From assembly GCA_965214935.1 (NCBI GenBank), contig CBDCCS010000021.1:128001-192000 (forward strand): DNA of 64,000 nt, written 5' to 3'. The notes beneath the pieces were generated by a model, which had not been told where the DNA came from, ran no database searches, and saw nothing but the letters and a program-made list of their open reading frames with translations. The translations under genes and the position numbers were made by a program. This DNA is from Candidatus Velthaea sp. Its GTDB lineage: Bacteria > Vulcanimicrobiota > Vulcanimicrobiia > Vulcanimicrobiales > Vulcanimicrobiaceae. Positions 1-10,540 of this stretch are shown here, in pieces (within the stretch, counting starts at the first letter, position 1; the number at the start of each line of letters is the position of its first letter).

Positions 1-1
1 A

Positions 2-220
2 GCAGAAGAACTGGCACGACAACTTTCGTTACAAACGGGTGAGACGATCACCGATACGGTGATCGCTGCGTTGCGCGAGCGGAAGGAGCGTTTAAATCAA
101 CTTGCACCGGAAAAGCGCGTCGCCGCGCTTTTGGAAATAAGTAACCGCGCTTCAGCTATCATTGGAGATTCGCCGGTTGATATCGACGAGCTGTACAATG
201 ACGAAGGATTACCAAAGTGA
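2..220 (+). CDS. vapB: VapB-type antitoxin (Rv0623/PSK_trans_fac-like), 5'-truncated by window edge
   Basis: My translation: AEELARQLSLQTGETITDTVIAALRERKERL...DELYNDEGLPK*; stop overlaps the vapC start (GTGA). Confidence 0.85.
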   Translation, partial: AEELARQLSLQTGETITDTVIAALRERKERLNQLAPEKRVAALLEISNRASAIIGDSPVDIDELYNDEGLPK

Positions 221-609
221 TCATCGACAGCTCCGCGCTTGTCGCTATCTTTAGACGTGAACCGGAACAACAGCGATTCGTTCAGCTGATCGCTGCATCA
301 CCGGTAAGCTCGGTTGCGGCGCCGACTTTTCTCGAAACCGCAATGGTCTTACGAAAATTTGGACCGCAGGTATCGGCCGCCTTGCACGAATTCGTTCGCA
401 GCGCTGGTATAACGATTCTCCCCTTTGCCGAACATCATCTTGCTGCCGCCGAGGAAGCGTTCCGCCGTTTCGGCCGCGGCGCCGGTCACGCAGCCCGCCT
501 AAACTTCGGTGACTGTATATCATATGCTGTAAGTATTACGAGCAATAGACCGCTGCTCTTCAAGGGCGACGACTTCACTTACACAGACGTTATGCGACTC
601 TCGGTTTGA
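217..609 (+). CDS. vapC: VapC PIN-domain toxin
   Basis: MIIDSSALVAI N-terminus, LNFGDC and LLFKGDDF motifs. Confidence 0.95.
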   Translation: MIIDSSALVAIFRREPEQQRFVQLIAASPVSSVAAPTFLETAMVLRKFGPQVSAALHEFVRSAGITILPFAEHHLAAAEEAFRRFGRGAGHAARLNFGDCISYAVSITSNRPLLFKGDDFTYTDVMRLSV

Positions 610-616
610 AGCTGCG

Positions 617-3600
617 TTAGGCTTCGACTTTGACTCGGTCGGTTCGCACGAGTTCATCGAGCGACGCGAGATTAGCCGCCTCGATTGCTTCCATGCGAAC
701 GGCACTTGCAACGTGCCCGTGCGCGCGCTCGTCGACAAGTACGTCTTTAAGGTAGCCGCCGGTATACGAAGCCGGATTGGCCGCCAGCTCTTCGGGCGTC
801 CCGACGCCGACGAGCGTGCCGCCGCGCTCGCCGCCTTCGGGGCCGAGATCGATGAGGTAATCGGCCGTCTTGATGACGTCCAAATTATGCTCGATCACGA
901 GCACCGTATTCCCGACGTTAACGAGCCGCGCGAGAACGTCGAGCAGCTTATGAATGTCCGCGAAGTGCAAGCCGGTCGTCGGCTCATCGAGCACGTAAAA
1001 CGTTCGACCCGTTGCCCGGCGGGACAGTTCGGTCGCGAGCTTGATGCGCTGCGCTTCACCGCCCGACAACTGCGTTGCCGGCTGACCCATTTTAATGTAG
1101 CCTAAGCCGACTTCAGTGATCGTCTTGAGTTTATTCGCGATCCGCGGAATCGTGCTGAGCAGTTCGGCGGCTTCATCGACGCGCATCTCGAGAATGTCGG
1201 CAATCGACTTGCCTTTGAATTTCACCTCGAGCGTTTGCGCATTGTAGCGCCGGCCTTTGCAGACTTCGCACGGCACGTACACGTCCGGCAAAAAATGCAT
1301 CTCGATCTTGATAACGCCATCGCCTTCACACGACTCGCAGCGGCCGCCTTTGACGTTGAACGAGAACCGGCCGGGCGTGTAACCGCGCATCTTTGATTCA
1401 GGCGTGAGTGAAAAAAGCTCGCGGATAAGATCGAACGTGCCCGTATAAGTCGCGGGATTCGAGCGGGGCGTCCGGCCGATCGGCGATTGATCGATCACGA
1501 CCATCTTGTCGAGCTCGCCCGCCCCGGTCAGCGTGCCGTAATTGCCGCTCGCCGGCTGCCCGTGAAGATGTTGATTGAGCGCTTTGACCAGCACCTCGTT
1601 CACAAGCGTCGACTTTCCCGAGCCGCTCACTCCGGTAACGCAGGTCAAGGCGCCGATCGGAAAGTCGACATCGATGCCATGCAAATTATTCGCTTTTGCA
1701 TTGTGAATGTTCAACCAGGCACGCGGCTTACGACGCGCTTTGGGTATCGCGATAAATTGGCGGCCGGAAAGGTATGCTGCCGTCAACGACTCGGGATTTT
1801 TGAGTATCTCGGCCATCGGTCCGACCGACAGCACGTGCCCGCCTTCGGCTCCGGCGCCCGGACCGATATCGACGATCACGTCCGCCGCGCGCATCGTATC
1901 CTCGTCGTGTTCGATGACGATAAGCGTATTACCGATATCGCGCAGCGTCTTGAGCGTGCCCAACAGCCGATCGTTATCGCGCTGATGCAAACCGATCGAC
2001 GGTTCATCGAGAATGTAGAGCACGCCGACGAGCGCGCTGCCGATTTGCGTCGCGAGCCGAATACGCTGCGACTCACCGCCGGACAGCGTCGTTGCGGTGC
2101 GGGAAAGATTGAGATACCCGAGCCCGACATTGGTTAAGAAGCCGAGCCGCGCGCCGATCTCTTTGAGGATCTGCGCAGAGATCAATTTCTGCCGATCGTT
2201 CGTCTGCAATTCGTGAAAAAACTTCTCGGCGTTCTCGACCGACATCGTCGTCAAGCTGTTGATGTTAAGTTCACCGATCGTAACCGCGAGCGCTTCGGGC
2301 TTGAGCCGCGCACCCTTACACGTCGCACATGTCGATGCGGACATGTACTTTTCGATGTCTTCCTTGACGTAATCGCTCGACGTTTCGTTGTAACGGCGCT
2401 GCAAGTTGTTAACGACGCCTTCGAACGTCGCATCGTACTCCCAGGCGTGTCCGCTTTTCGACTCATACGTGAAGCGCTGCTTCTTTTCCGTGCCGAACAA
2501 AATAAGCTCGACGAGATCGTCGGGCATCTTATCGATCGGCGTCGTCATCTTTACACGCCGCGAGCGTAACACGCGCTCGACTTGCTGCAGATAGTAGGGG
2601 TTCATCGATGGAAACCGGCCTGCGCCGAGCGATTTACTCCACGGCACGATCGCGCCTTGCTCGATCGACTTCGTGCGATCCGGGATGACTTTCCACGGAT
2701 CGATCTCGATCTTGGCGCCGAGTCCGCTGCAGGACGGGCATGCGCCGAACGGCGAGTTGAACGAGAACAGTCGCGGTTCGAGCTCTTGAAACGACAGGCC
2801 GCAATACGCGCAGGCGAACGACTCGCTCATCGTGAGTTCTTGCCACGGCGCGGCCGCTTTGGGTGCCGTCTCGGAGTCGGGATCGACCTTGACCGGCTTC
2901 ACCATTGCGGCTGCGTTCGGCGGCTCGTGCAGCACGGTCACAATGCCGGTCGAAAGCCGGAGCGTCGTTTCGACCGAATCGGTAAGCCGCTTGCGGATTT
3001 CCGGCTTGATGACGAGCCGGTCGACCACGACTTCGATCGTGTGTTTCCGCTTCTTGTCAAGGTCGATCTTCTCGCGCAGTTCCGTCATCTGCCCGTCGAT
3101 GCGAACGCGGGCAAAGCCCTCCTTGCCGATTTCCTCGAACAGCTTCGCGTACTCGCCCTTGCGTCCGCGGATCATCGGCGCGAGCAGCTGAATCTTTGTC
3201 CCCGCCGGTAATTCGAGAATTTGATCGACGATCTGCTGGCTGCTTTGAGCGCCGATTTCGCGACCGCACTTATAGCAATGCGGCGTCCCGATGCGTGCGA
3301 AAAGCAAGCGCAAATAATCGTAGATTTCGGTTACGGTACCGACGGTCGAACGCGGGTTACGCGAAGTCGACTTTTGATCGATTGAGATGGCGGGCGACAA
3401 GCCTTCGATGTAATCGACGTCCGGCTTTTCCATCTGACCCAGAAACTGCCGGGCGTACGACGAGAGCGACTCGACATACCGCCGCTGACCCTCGGCGTAG
3501 ATCGTATCGAACGCGAGCGACGACTTGCCCGAACCCGACAAGCCGGTCACGACGATGAGCGCATTGCGCGGCAGCGTCAGGTCGATGTTTTTGAGATTAT

Positions 3601-3658
3601 GTTCGCGCGCACCCTTGATGACGATGCTGTCGAGAACACGCGAAGGCGGTGGCGGCAT
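617..3658 (-). CDS. uvrA: Excinuclease ABC subunit A
   Basis: GAREHNLKN, two Walker A motifs ([16 protein letters not shown]), LSGGE signatures, Zn fingers. Confidence 0.99.
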   Translation of the reverse strand: MPPPPSRVLDSIVIKGAREHNLKNIDLTLPRNALIVVTGLSGSGKSSLAFDTIYAEGQRRYVESLSSYARQFLGQMEKPDVDYIEGLSPAISIDQKSTSRNPRSTVGTVTEIYDYLRLLFARIGTPHCYKCGREIGAQSSQQIVDQILELPAGTKIQLLAPMIRGRKGEYAKLFEEIGKEGFARVRIDGQMTELREKIDLDKKRKHTIEVVVDRLVIKPEIRKRLTDSVETTLRLSTGIVTVLHEPPNAAAMVKPVKVDPDSETAPKAAAPWQELTMSESFACAYCGLSFQELEPRLFSFNSPFGACPSCSGLGAKIEIDPWKVIPDRTKSIEQGAIVPWSKSLGAGRFPSMNPYYLQQVERVLRSRRVKMTTPIDKMPDDLVELILFGTEKKQRFTYESKSGHAWEYDATFEGVVNNLQRRYNETSSDYVKEDIEKYMSASTCATCKGARLKPEALAVTIGELNINSLTTMSVENAEKFFHELQTNDRQKLISAQILKEIGARLGFLTNVGLGYLNLSRTATTLSGGESQRIRLATQIGSALVGVLYILDEPSIGLHQRDNDRLLGTLKTLRDIGNTLIVIEHDEDTMRAADVIVDIGPGAGAEGGHVLSVGPMAEILKNPESLTAAYLSGRQFIAIPKARRKPRAWLNIHNAKANNLHGIDVDFPIGALTCVTGVSGSGKSTLVNEVLVKALNQHLHGQPASGNYGTLTGAGELDKMVVIDQSPIGRTPRSNPATYTGTFDLIRELFSLTPESKMRGYTPGRFSFNVKGGRCESCEGDGVIKIEMHFLPDVYVPCEVCKGRRYNAQTLEVKFKGKSIADILEMRVDEAAELLSTIPRIANKLKTITEVGLGYIKMGQPATQLSGGEAQRIKLATELSRRATGRTFYVLDEPTTGLHFADIHKLLDVLARLVNVGNTVLVIEHNLDVIKTADYLIDLGPEGGERGGTLVGVGTPEELAANPASYTGGYLKDVLVDERAHGHVASAVRMEAIEAANLASLDELVRTDRVKVEA

Positions 3659-3716
3659 ATATGCCTACGTTCGACCCGTTAGGAACAACAACCGTTGCGA
3701 GCCGTCACCCGGGTCG

Positions 3717-3950
3717 CTAGAGAAACGTCGTGTGACTGGCCGCAACGAACATGAGCAGACCAAGCCCGATCGCTAAAGCACCGAAGATGCGCATTGTGAA
3801 AACTTTCGCATCGTCGAAAAACGTGTCGGATTGGCGCGCGCCGGTCGCCGCCGGTTTGCGTGCATGCGCATTATCGAGCAGTTCGGCCCCCGCGATTAAG
3901 CCGAAGCCGAGGACAACAACAACGATTCGGACGGTAACGGGGACTTCCAC
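3717..3950 (-). CDS. Small two-TM membrane protein
   Basis: 77 aa with two hydrophobic segments; GGAGG SD just upstream of the GTG. Confidence 0.65.
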   Translation of the reverse strand: MEVPVTVRIVVVVLGFGLIAGAELLDNAHARKPAATGARQSDTFFDDAKVFTMRIFGALAIGLGLLMFVAASHTTFL

Positions 3951-3968
3951 AACTTCCTCCGGAGGCGG

Positions 3969-4679
3969 CTAGCCGAGCGAACTCACGGACATTGTATCCG
4001 CCGCTCGGCGCGCAGAAAGATATTCGCCGACGATGACGAGCGTCGCGTAAGCGGTAACCGCTTGGGTGACGATCGCTACGACGATCGGACCGATGAACGG
4101 AACGAAATGCAGAGGCAAGGCGAGCAGTCCGACGACGAGACCGATCACAAAAAGCATGACGATAATAATGATGGTTGAAAGCGCGCGGCGTCGAGCGATC
4201 GTTGCTGAGATCCGAAATGCCCCGGCCGCACCGCGATTCTCGAGCACGACCGCCGGCACGATGTACATTGCGAAAAACAAAACGACGAACCAGCCGATGC
4301 CCAGCGTGATGACCGCAATAGCGATACCGACGACCGCGATGAGCAGTACCGCGGCGAGTAAGCGCCCCGCGTCCTGTCGAAATGCGGCGCGACCGTCATC
4401 GAGCGACGCAATGCCCGTCTGCCAAGCCGCGCCGGCCATGCCCGTGGTGTACGTTTGCGTGACAAGAAACGCAAGAATGCCGAGTGCAAGCGAAACACTT
4501 GCCGCAACGGCCAGCGAGCCGAGCGGTAACGGATCGCCGGGTTGCGGATGAGGTGCAATCGCGCCATTGATGATGCCGACGACGAGCCCGACGATCAGAC
4601 CCGGGACGACGATGACCGGATTTGCCGTCAACAACGTCCAGGCTCGAGCGAAGATGTTTTCGACCGAATCACTTTGCAA
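3969..4679 (-). CDS. Multi-pass membrane protein, unknown function
   Basis: Several hydrophobic helices; start moved to TTG 4679 because of an AGGAG SD upstream. Confidence 0.8.
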   Translation of the reverse strand: MQSDSVENIFARAWTLLTANPVIVVPGLIVGLVVGIINGAIAPHPQPGDPLPLGSLAVAASVSLALGILAFLVTQTYTTGMAGAAWQTGIASLDDGRAAFRQDAGRLLAAVLLIAVVGIAIAVITLGIGWFVVLFFAMYIVPAVVLENRGAAGAFRISATIARRRALSTIIIIVMLFVIGLVVGLLALPLHFVPFIGPIVVAIVTQAVTAYATLVIVGEYLSARRAADTMSVSSLG

Positions 4680-4707
4680 CGCAGACGCTCCTAGGCGGTG
4701 ACGGCGA

Positions 4708-5466
4708 TTAGCTGTTGCCCTTCTGTGCCATGACCGGCGGCCCTTCGGCGATCGCGGGTAGCAAAACACCCAGCACGTCACCAATTGTTTGGACGACGGC
4801 GTCGGGCGGAATCGCACCCTCCGGTAAGGGAATGGCATGCACGTCGATGAGGATCGTAAACATGCCCGTCAGCTTCGCGCCGACGATATCACGATCGTAC
4901 CGGTCGCCGACCATCGCCGTCCGTCCGGGCACACTGCCGAGTACTTCGCAAGCGTGCCGGAACACGGCCGGATCGGGTTTTACCATGCCCATCTCGTCGG
5001 CGATGAAGAGGCCGTCGACGAGCGGCGTTAAACCGAGGCGCGCGACCTTATCATGATGCGTTGCGGCAAAGCCGTTTGTGACGATGCCGAGCTTGCAGCC
5101 GTAGGCGCGCAATGTTTGCACGCAATCGAGCGCTCCGGGCGACAACGCGAGTCCGTCGGCGCGGCGCCTGGTGTAATCGGCCGCACACCGCCGCGCGAGG
5201 GCGACGTCGTCGATGCCGACCGCTAGCAGCGCATTGGCCCACAACTGCGTACGTGCATCGGAAATGCCGACGCTCAAATGCTCGACGGAGAGCTTTTTCC
5301 AAAACGCCTGAGCTTGCACGATATACGCTGCAAGCAGCGCAGCGGCATCAATCGGATGCGTCTGCGCGACGTCGGCGGCGACCATCCGGGCCGCCGTTTG
5401 ATACGCCGCCGTGTCGTCATGCAACGTGTCGTCGAGGTCGAATAAAACGGTATCGATCGTGCGCAA
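4708..5466 (-). CDS. HAD-family hydrolase
   Basis: FDLDDTL motif I, IVTNG, KPDP, VGD..DRDIVGA; start reassigned to TTG 5466. Confidence 0.92.
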   Translation of the reverse strand: MRTIDTVLFDLDDTLHDDTAAYQTAARMVAADVAQTHPIDAAALLAAYIVQAQAFWKKLSVEHLSVGISDARTQLWANALLAVGIDDVALARRCAADYTRRRADGLALSPGALDCVQTLRAYGCKLGIVTNGFAATHHDKVARLGLTPLVDGLFIADEMGMVKPDPAVFRHACEVLGSVPGRTAMVGDRYDRDIVGAKLTGMFTILIDVHAIPLPEGAIPPDAVVQTIGDVLGVLLPAIAEGPPVMAQKGNS

Positions 5467-5586
5467 AACGCGGCTGTATTCGGCCGCCGCGACCCGATGG
5501 CCCGTCGATCCGCTTTCGATCGGGAAGTCGCAGCGACTTTCAACTGCGTACGGGGCGATCGGTCTACGAATGTAACAGTGACGTTC

Positions 5587-6324
5587 ATGTCTGAAATCGA
5601 AGGCAAAGTCATTGCAATCACCGGCGCGAGCAGCGGCATCGGCGAGGCCACATCGCTGCTGCTGGCTAAACGCGGTGCAAAAATCGTGCTTGGCGCGCGA
5701 CGGCTCGAACCGCTCGCCGCTCTCGCCGAGCGTATAACGAACGCGGGCGGCGAAGCCGCGTTCGCGTGCACGGACGTTCGCACGCGTGCCGACTTGGTAG
5801 CGCTCGTCAAGCTTGCCCGCGGGCGGTTCGGCCGGCTCGACGTGCTGGTAAGTAACGCGGGTGTCATGCCGGTCTCGCGACTCGAAGATTTGCGCGTCGA
5901 CGATTGGGACGCAATGATCGACGTCAACATCAAAGGCGTGCTGTATGGAATCGCGGCAGCGCTGCCCGTTTTTAGCGAACAGGGGTCGGGGCACGTCATT
6001 ACTATTGCATCGACGGCTGCCTATCGCGTCGTACCGACCATGGCCGTGTACGCCGGCACCAAAATCGCCGTACGCGCGATCTCCGAGGGTTTACGTCAGG
6101 AAGCCGGCGACAAGCTGCGCGTGACGATCGTGTCGCCCGGCTTCACCCGCACGAATTTTGCCGATTCGGTGACCGATCCGGAGGTCAAAGCGCAGCTTGC
6201 AGCCTCGCGCGACCGCTTCGCGATGCCGCCCGAGGCGGTCGCCCGCGCCATCGCGTACGCGATCGAACAGCCGGCCGATATCGACGTAAACGAAATCGTC
6301 ATTCGCCCAACAGCCCAAGGGTAA
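5587..6324 (+). CDS. SDR oxidoreductase (YdfG-like)
   Basis: TGASSGIG, NAG, YAGTK (YxxxK); start at ATG 5587. Confidence 0.95.
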   Translation: MSEIEGKVIAITGASSGIGEATSLLLAKRGAKIVLGARRLEPLAALAERITNAGGEAAFACTDVRTRADLVALVKLARGRFGRLDVLVSNAGVMPVSRLEDLRVDDWDAMIDVNIKGVLYGIAAALPVFSEQGSGHVITIASTAAYRVVPTMAVYAGTKIAVRAISEGLRQEAGDKLRVTIVSPGFTRTNFADSVTDPEVKAQLAASRDRFAMPPEAVARAIAYAIEQPADIDVNEIVIRPTAQG

Positions 6325-6477
6325 CGCGCCTTGCGTGTTGAGCCGATGACCCAAACCACTGCACGACTAGTTGGTAATCCAAAATACTCGAGAAGAGAAC
6401 GATAGTCGAGCATCAGCTAATGGCAAGCCGTGATCATGTTCAAGCGCGACGAAGTAACGCGAAAACGACATCGGTTC

Positions 6478-8943
6478 CTAGAACACCACCCGAAAAGACC
6501 GCAGCGAAAACGGTGCGAGATTGAAGCGCAAACTCTCTTCTTCGATGGTCACGTCGGTCGCCGCGCCGGCGGGCAGTTCACAGCCGTCGACCGGCTCGAC
6601 AAGTCGCATCCGTCCGCCACAACGCAGGGACACAACGTGGCTGGCGCCGTCACATTCGCGCACGCGCACGATAACGCCGCGACCGTCGTCGGCCGGCTTC
6701 GTTGCGACGATCAGCACGCCCGCATCTTCACAACTGAACAAGCGCACGCGCGGCTCGCTAACATAATCTTGCCACGCGTTCTCGAGTGCTGAGATCGGCG
6801 CACCGGCGGTCGGTGCATAGGCGTACGCAATGCGGTGTTCGCCGCGATCCGCGCCCGGATCGGGCCAGCCCGGAGCGCGCAACAGCGACATGCCTAAACG
6901 TACGCCGCCGCCTCTGAGCCCGCGAGCGTTCCAGCCGTACGTATCGGGCGCGAGAATCGCAAGTCCGCGCGCGCCGTCATCGACGTAGGCAAAACGCTGC
7001 GCGGGCACCTCGAAGCGCGCGCGGTCGGCAGCGGTCCGCGCGAACGCCGGCCGCAGGATCGTTCCATGCGCTTGACCGTAGCGGACGTCCGTCGCCGGAA
7101 CGGCGACTCGGTTCTCAACCCGTAAGAGCGTATGATTCTCGCGCCAGTTCACCGCCAGATCAACACGCAGATAAGGCTCGCCCGCGCGCAGCTCGATGCG
7201 CATCGTTGCCGTCGAACGCTTACCGATCGTAAAGCGAATGACAAGGCCGTCGTCTTCGAGCATCGCGCCGCGCGCTTTGACCGCGCGGCGCTGTAGCGCA
7301 TAACCGGCGTCGACGTTCCAAGCGTCCCACTTCTTGGGCTTATCGACATATGCCGCAAGACCGTTGCCTAACGTCATCACGTTGGGTCCGTCGACGGCGC
7401 CGAGTTCGACGATCGTGCCGTCATTGCGCACGACCGCGCGCACGTACTCGTTGCGAAACTCGAACCGGTCGCCGCTGACCGCCGGCGCTGCAAGCGCGGC
7501 GGCAGCAGGCGCTAGTTGCGTGCGCGGTAAGATCGATTGCGTTCCGGTGTAGAGGCGTTCGATGATGCGCTCGACCCGATCGTATTCGGCCTGAACGTCC
7601 GTGTATACGGCACCGATTGACGAGCCGGCGAGCACGTCATGAAATTGATTGCGCAAGACGATCGTCCAGGCCGTGCGCAAATCGTCGACGAGCGGCGTGA
7701 TGACGGAACCGGGCGCGCGCACCGCGACGCACCACGCACATGATTCTTCGACGGCATCGAGCGCGCGTTCGAGTGCGGCGTTGCGCGCTTTGATATCGCG
7801 ATGCGTCGTGTATGTGCCCCGATGCGTTTCCAGATAAAGTTCGCCGCGATACGCCGGCAACACCGCTGCGTTCAGTTGCGAAAACCACTTCGCAGCAGAT
7901 GTCCAGGCGCGCGGCGCAACGCGCGCGATCGCCGCGTCGGTCGCGCCGCCGCCGCCGTCGCCGAAGCCGACGATGAGCGGTTCGTGCCGTTTATCTGCCG
8001 TTGCGATGCGCGCCGGCGTCGGATCGCCGTCGTAAGCAGCCAGCACCGCGGCCACGAGCGTACTTCCGTCATCGCCGCTCCACGCAAACTGTGGCAATGG
8101 CCAGCGCGTCGTCTCGTTCCATTCAAGCTTCGTCGTCGCAAACGCGGTCGCGCCGGCGTGCACCGCAAGCGTCGGCAGTGTGTTCGGAAACCCGAAGGTA
8201 TCGGGCAACCACACCACGCGGGGCGTAACGCCGGTCTTGTCGTGGATGTAGCGCATGCCGTAAGCAAATTGACGCAACACCGACTCGCCGCTGGGCGCGT
8301 GCAAATCCGGCTCGACCCACATCGTCGCGACACTGGCATCCCAACCGCCGGCGCTGATAGCGGCGCGCATGCGCGCGAAGAGACCCGCATCGCCGCTCTC
8401 CACCCACGCGTAGAGTTGCGGCTGACTTTGTGCAAAAACGAACGGCCCCGCCTCGATCTCGCGCACCGCCGTCGCAAACGTTCGCAGCGCTTTGCGGCGC
8501 GTGTCGGCATGCGTCCAAAGCCATGCAACGTCGAGATGTGCGTGGCCGAGCGCGGCAGTTGCCGATTTGCGTTCATGCGCCGCGGGCGCAGTGCGGTATG
8601 CTACCTCGAGCGACATATGCGGAGCTTGCGTTTCGCGGGCGAGCATCAACCGCCAGCGCAACCCGTCAGCCGAGGGCAAACCGGAGATCGGCAGCGCGCG
8701 CCGGTCGACTTCGAGCGTTACGTCGTGATCGCCGGGCAACGCCGGCAGATTGCACGTCGGATGCTTGCCGTCAAAAGCACCGGCAACGGCACCATCGATG
8801 CGCAGCAAGGCGCCGGTGCGCGTCGGATACCGCAGCTGCAACAGTGGCGCGCCGAATGTTGCGCGTACGCCGAGTGTTATCGTGTCGGCGTTCTCGGTCC
8901 GACGCGCGAGTCGTAAGCGCTGCGCCCCCGGACGAGCGATCAA
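6478..8943 (-). CDS. GH38 alpha-mannosidase-like glycoside hydrolase
   Basis: HAHLDVAWLW, WLPDTFG, GELYLETHRGTYT, NQFHD; TTG start overlaps the upstream stop. Confidence 0.9.
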   Translation of the reverse strand: MIARPGAQRLRLARRTENADTITLGVRATFGAPLLQLRYPTRTGALLRIDGAVAGAFDGKHPTCNLPALPGDHDVTLEVDRRALPISGLPSADGLRWRLMLARETQAPHMSLEVAYRTAPAAHERKSATAALGHAHLDVAWLWTHADTRRKALRTFATAVREIEAGPFVFAQSQPQLYAWVESGDAGLFARMRAAISAGGWDASVATMWVEPDLHAPSGESVLRQFAYGMRYIHDKTGVTPRVVWLPDTFGFPNTLPTLAVHAGATAFATTKLEWNETTRWPLPQFAWSGDDGSTLVAAVLAAYDGDPTPARIATADKRHEPLIVGFGDGGGGATDAAIARVAPRAWTSAAKWFSQLNAAVLPAYRGELYLETHRGTYTTHRDIKARNAALERALDAVEESCAWCVAVRAPGSVITPLVDDLRTAWTIVLRNQFHDVLAGSSIGAVYTDVQAEYDRVERIIERLYTGTQSILPRTQLAPAAAALAAPAVSGDRFEFRNEYVRAVVRNDGTIVELGAVDGPNVMTLGNGLAAYVDKPKKWDAWNVDAGYALQRRAVKARGAMLEDDGLVIRFTIGKRSTATMRIELRAGEPYLRVDLAVNWRENHTLLRVENRVAVPATDVRYGQAHGTILRPAFARTAADRARFEVPAQRFAYVDDGARGLAILAPDTYGWNARGLRGGGVRLGMSLLRAPGWPDPGADRGEHRIAYAYAPTAGAPISALENAWQDYVSEPRVRLFSCEDAGVLIVATKPADDGRGVIVRVRECDGASHVVSLRCGGRMRLVEPVDGCELPAGAATDVTIEEESLRFNLAPFSLRSFRVVF

Positions 8944-9353
8944 AACGTCTTCGTGCGCTGGTCGTTCGCGCGATTGCACGCGTTTCGCGCCGCGTCGCCG
9001 GTTTCGAGCACGTACCGGACCGTTACCGTCAGCGGCTGCGACCGTTCGGATACCGGACGGTATACGGCGAACGCAACCGGATATGCGACGCCCGCATCGA
9101 GTGCGGGTACGGTTTGCGGTGCCAGAACAACGCCGTTACGCACCAGCTCAACGCGTTGCGTGATGTCGGGAGTTTGCCCGAGCGAACCAACATTAGAAAG
9201 CGTCGTCGCGATCACGTAGTGATCGGGCGATGTCGACTTCTTGATTAGCTGTGCGCTAAGATCCGTGATTGCCGGATCGGCGGCGGGACATGCCCGTTGC
9301 ACCGGCGCGGCGACGGCAACAATCGCCGCGGCGAGACCAAGCAAAGGCAGCAT
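8940..9353 (-). CDS. Secreted protein, possibly CARDB/Ig-like
   Basis: Signal peptide, two Cys, beta-rich pattern (LSNVG...ANDQRT). Confidence 0.7.
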   Translation of the reverse strand: MLPLLGLAAAIVAVAAPVQRACPAADPAITDLSAQLIKKSTSPDHYVIATTLSNVGSLGQTPDITQRVELVRNGVVLAPQTVPALDAGVAYPVAFAVYRPVSERSQPLTVTVRYVLETGDAARNACNRANDQRTKTF

Positions 9354-9399
9354 CAAACGTCCTTCGCGTACCGAACGGCGGCGACCTTAATTCGCACGC

Positions 9400-10503
9400 T
9401 CACTCGCGATCGAAGTAATCGAGTTGCGGCGCGCTTCGCACGAGCGTTCCGGTGACGTCGACAAGCAGCTTCTCAGAATCCGGATAGAAACATACGTCTC
9501 CGGCATCAGTGTTGGCAATCATTAACACGACGCATGCGGCGCTCGAATCATTCCAGAGCCGATGCGCACCGTGCGCTCCGGTTGCAAAAACGACGCAGTC
9601 ACCGGGCGCCAGCGGCCAGCGCCCAGCCGGCGTCTGCAACGTCGGCGTGCCGGACCAGACGACGAACAACTCTTCTTCCCGCGTATGCCAGTGCTGCGGA
9701 CAATACGACTCGTTCGGTTCTAAACGCGCCGCCGCGATGCCGAGTTTTTGCGCGCCGAGCAGCGCACCGATTTCCGCGCATTCACCGCCGAACGGCGCCG
9801 GATCGCCGGCTCGTTCGGGGAGCCGCAAACGCGGGCGGTGCTCCGGCGCTTTGGTCGAGCGCCACGCCAGCTCCGCAAGATTGACGATTTGGACCGCAGC
9901 ATCCGTTGCACGCGCATCGATCATCGCGCCGAGCACCGCCGCGGCGTTGCCGAAGACCGGCATACCGTCACCGACGAGCAGATGATCGATCGGCAACGCG
10001 CGCACGTGACGGGCTGAAAGTAAAGCGCGCACCGGGTCACCGAGTTTGTCATCCGGCATCAAGCGCAATGCACCGGCCGGTGAGCCCCAAAAAGCGTCGC
10101 CCGAGATCGCCGCACGCCGCCGCTCCGAAAAAAGCACCATCTCACCCGGCGTTTTGTAGCCGTCGAGTCCGATCACGCGCCAGCCGAAGATGTCGTCACC
10201 TTCGGTCACGGTCCGATCGACGCCGACCGTCAGCATTGCGGCGTCGGCAGCGGGTGCGACGATCTGCGCACCGAGTTCCTCGGCGAACCGGGCGGCCGCG
10301 CGCTGGTGATCGCGATTCGTAATGACGATCGTCTGCACGCCGGCCGCGCGGCACCGTTCGATCACTTCCGGCGCGTCGGGCTCGAGCGGATCGACGATGA
10401 ACGCGCCGTTCGCTTCGGTGACGAGCCACGAATTAAAATTCAGGCCGCGATCCGGCTGCCAAACCGACCACATTGAGATTCCGGCGACCACTGTCTCTTG
10501 CAT
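9400..10503 (-). CDS. MBL-fold plus cupin fusion protein
   Basis: N-half ITNRDH, KTPGE, SGD, LLVGDG; C-half HWHTREEE...GAHRL, CFYPDS. Confidence 0.85.
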   Translation of the reverse strand: MQETVVAGISMWSVWQPDRGLNFNSWLVTEANGAFIVDPLEPDAPEVIERCRAAGVQTIVITNRDHQRAAARFAEELGAQIVAPAADAAMLTVGVDRTVTEGDDIFGWRVIGLDGYKTPGEMVLFSERRRAAISGDAFWGSPAGALRLMPDDKLGDPVRALLSARHVRALPIDHLLVGDGMPVFGNAAAVLGAMIDARATDAAVQIVNLAELAWRSTKAPEHRPRLRLPERAGDPAPFGGECAEIGALLGAQKLGIAAARLEPNESYCPQHWHTREEELFVVWSGTPTLQTPAGRWPLAPGDCVVFATGAHGAHRLWNDSSAACVVLMIANTDAGDVCFYPDSEKLLVDVTGTLVRSAPQLDYFDRE

Positions 10504-10540
10504 AACGGTAGGATTACGGGCGAACCTCAGTGCGTTCCCA

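Noticed and set aside
3659..3716. SOS/LexA box upstream of uvrA (also checked uvrB and 50530-50550)
   Set aside because: Only CGAAC half-sites; no GAAC-N4-GTTC or CTGT-N8-ACAG palindrome
4708..5994. 428-aa ORF as an N-terminally extended HAD
   Set aside because: The extension is the antisense of the SDR gene; HAD motif I begins right after TTG 5466
6325..6477. AT-richer spacer with short minus-strand ORFs
   Set aside because: No recognisable motif or SD, so no gene can be supported
7801..8916. 371-aa + strand ORF and many other long overlapping ORFs in the track
   Set aside because: They are antisense or alternate-frame shadows of well-supported genes in GC-rich DNA and show no family motifs
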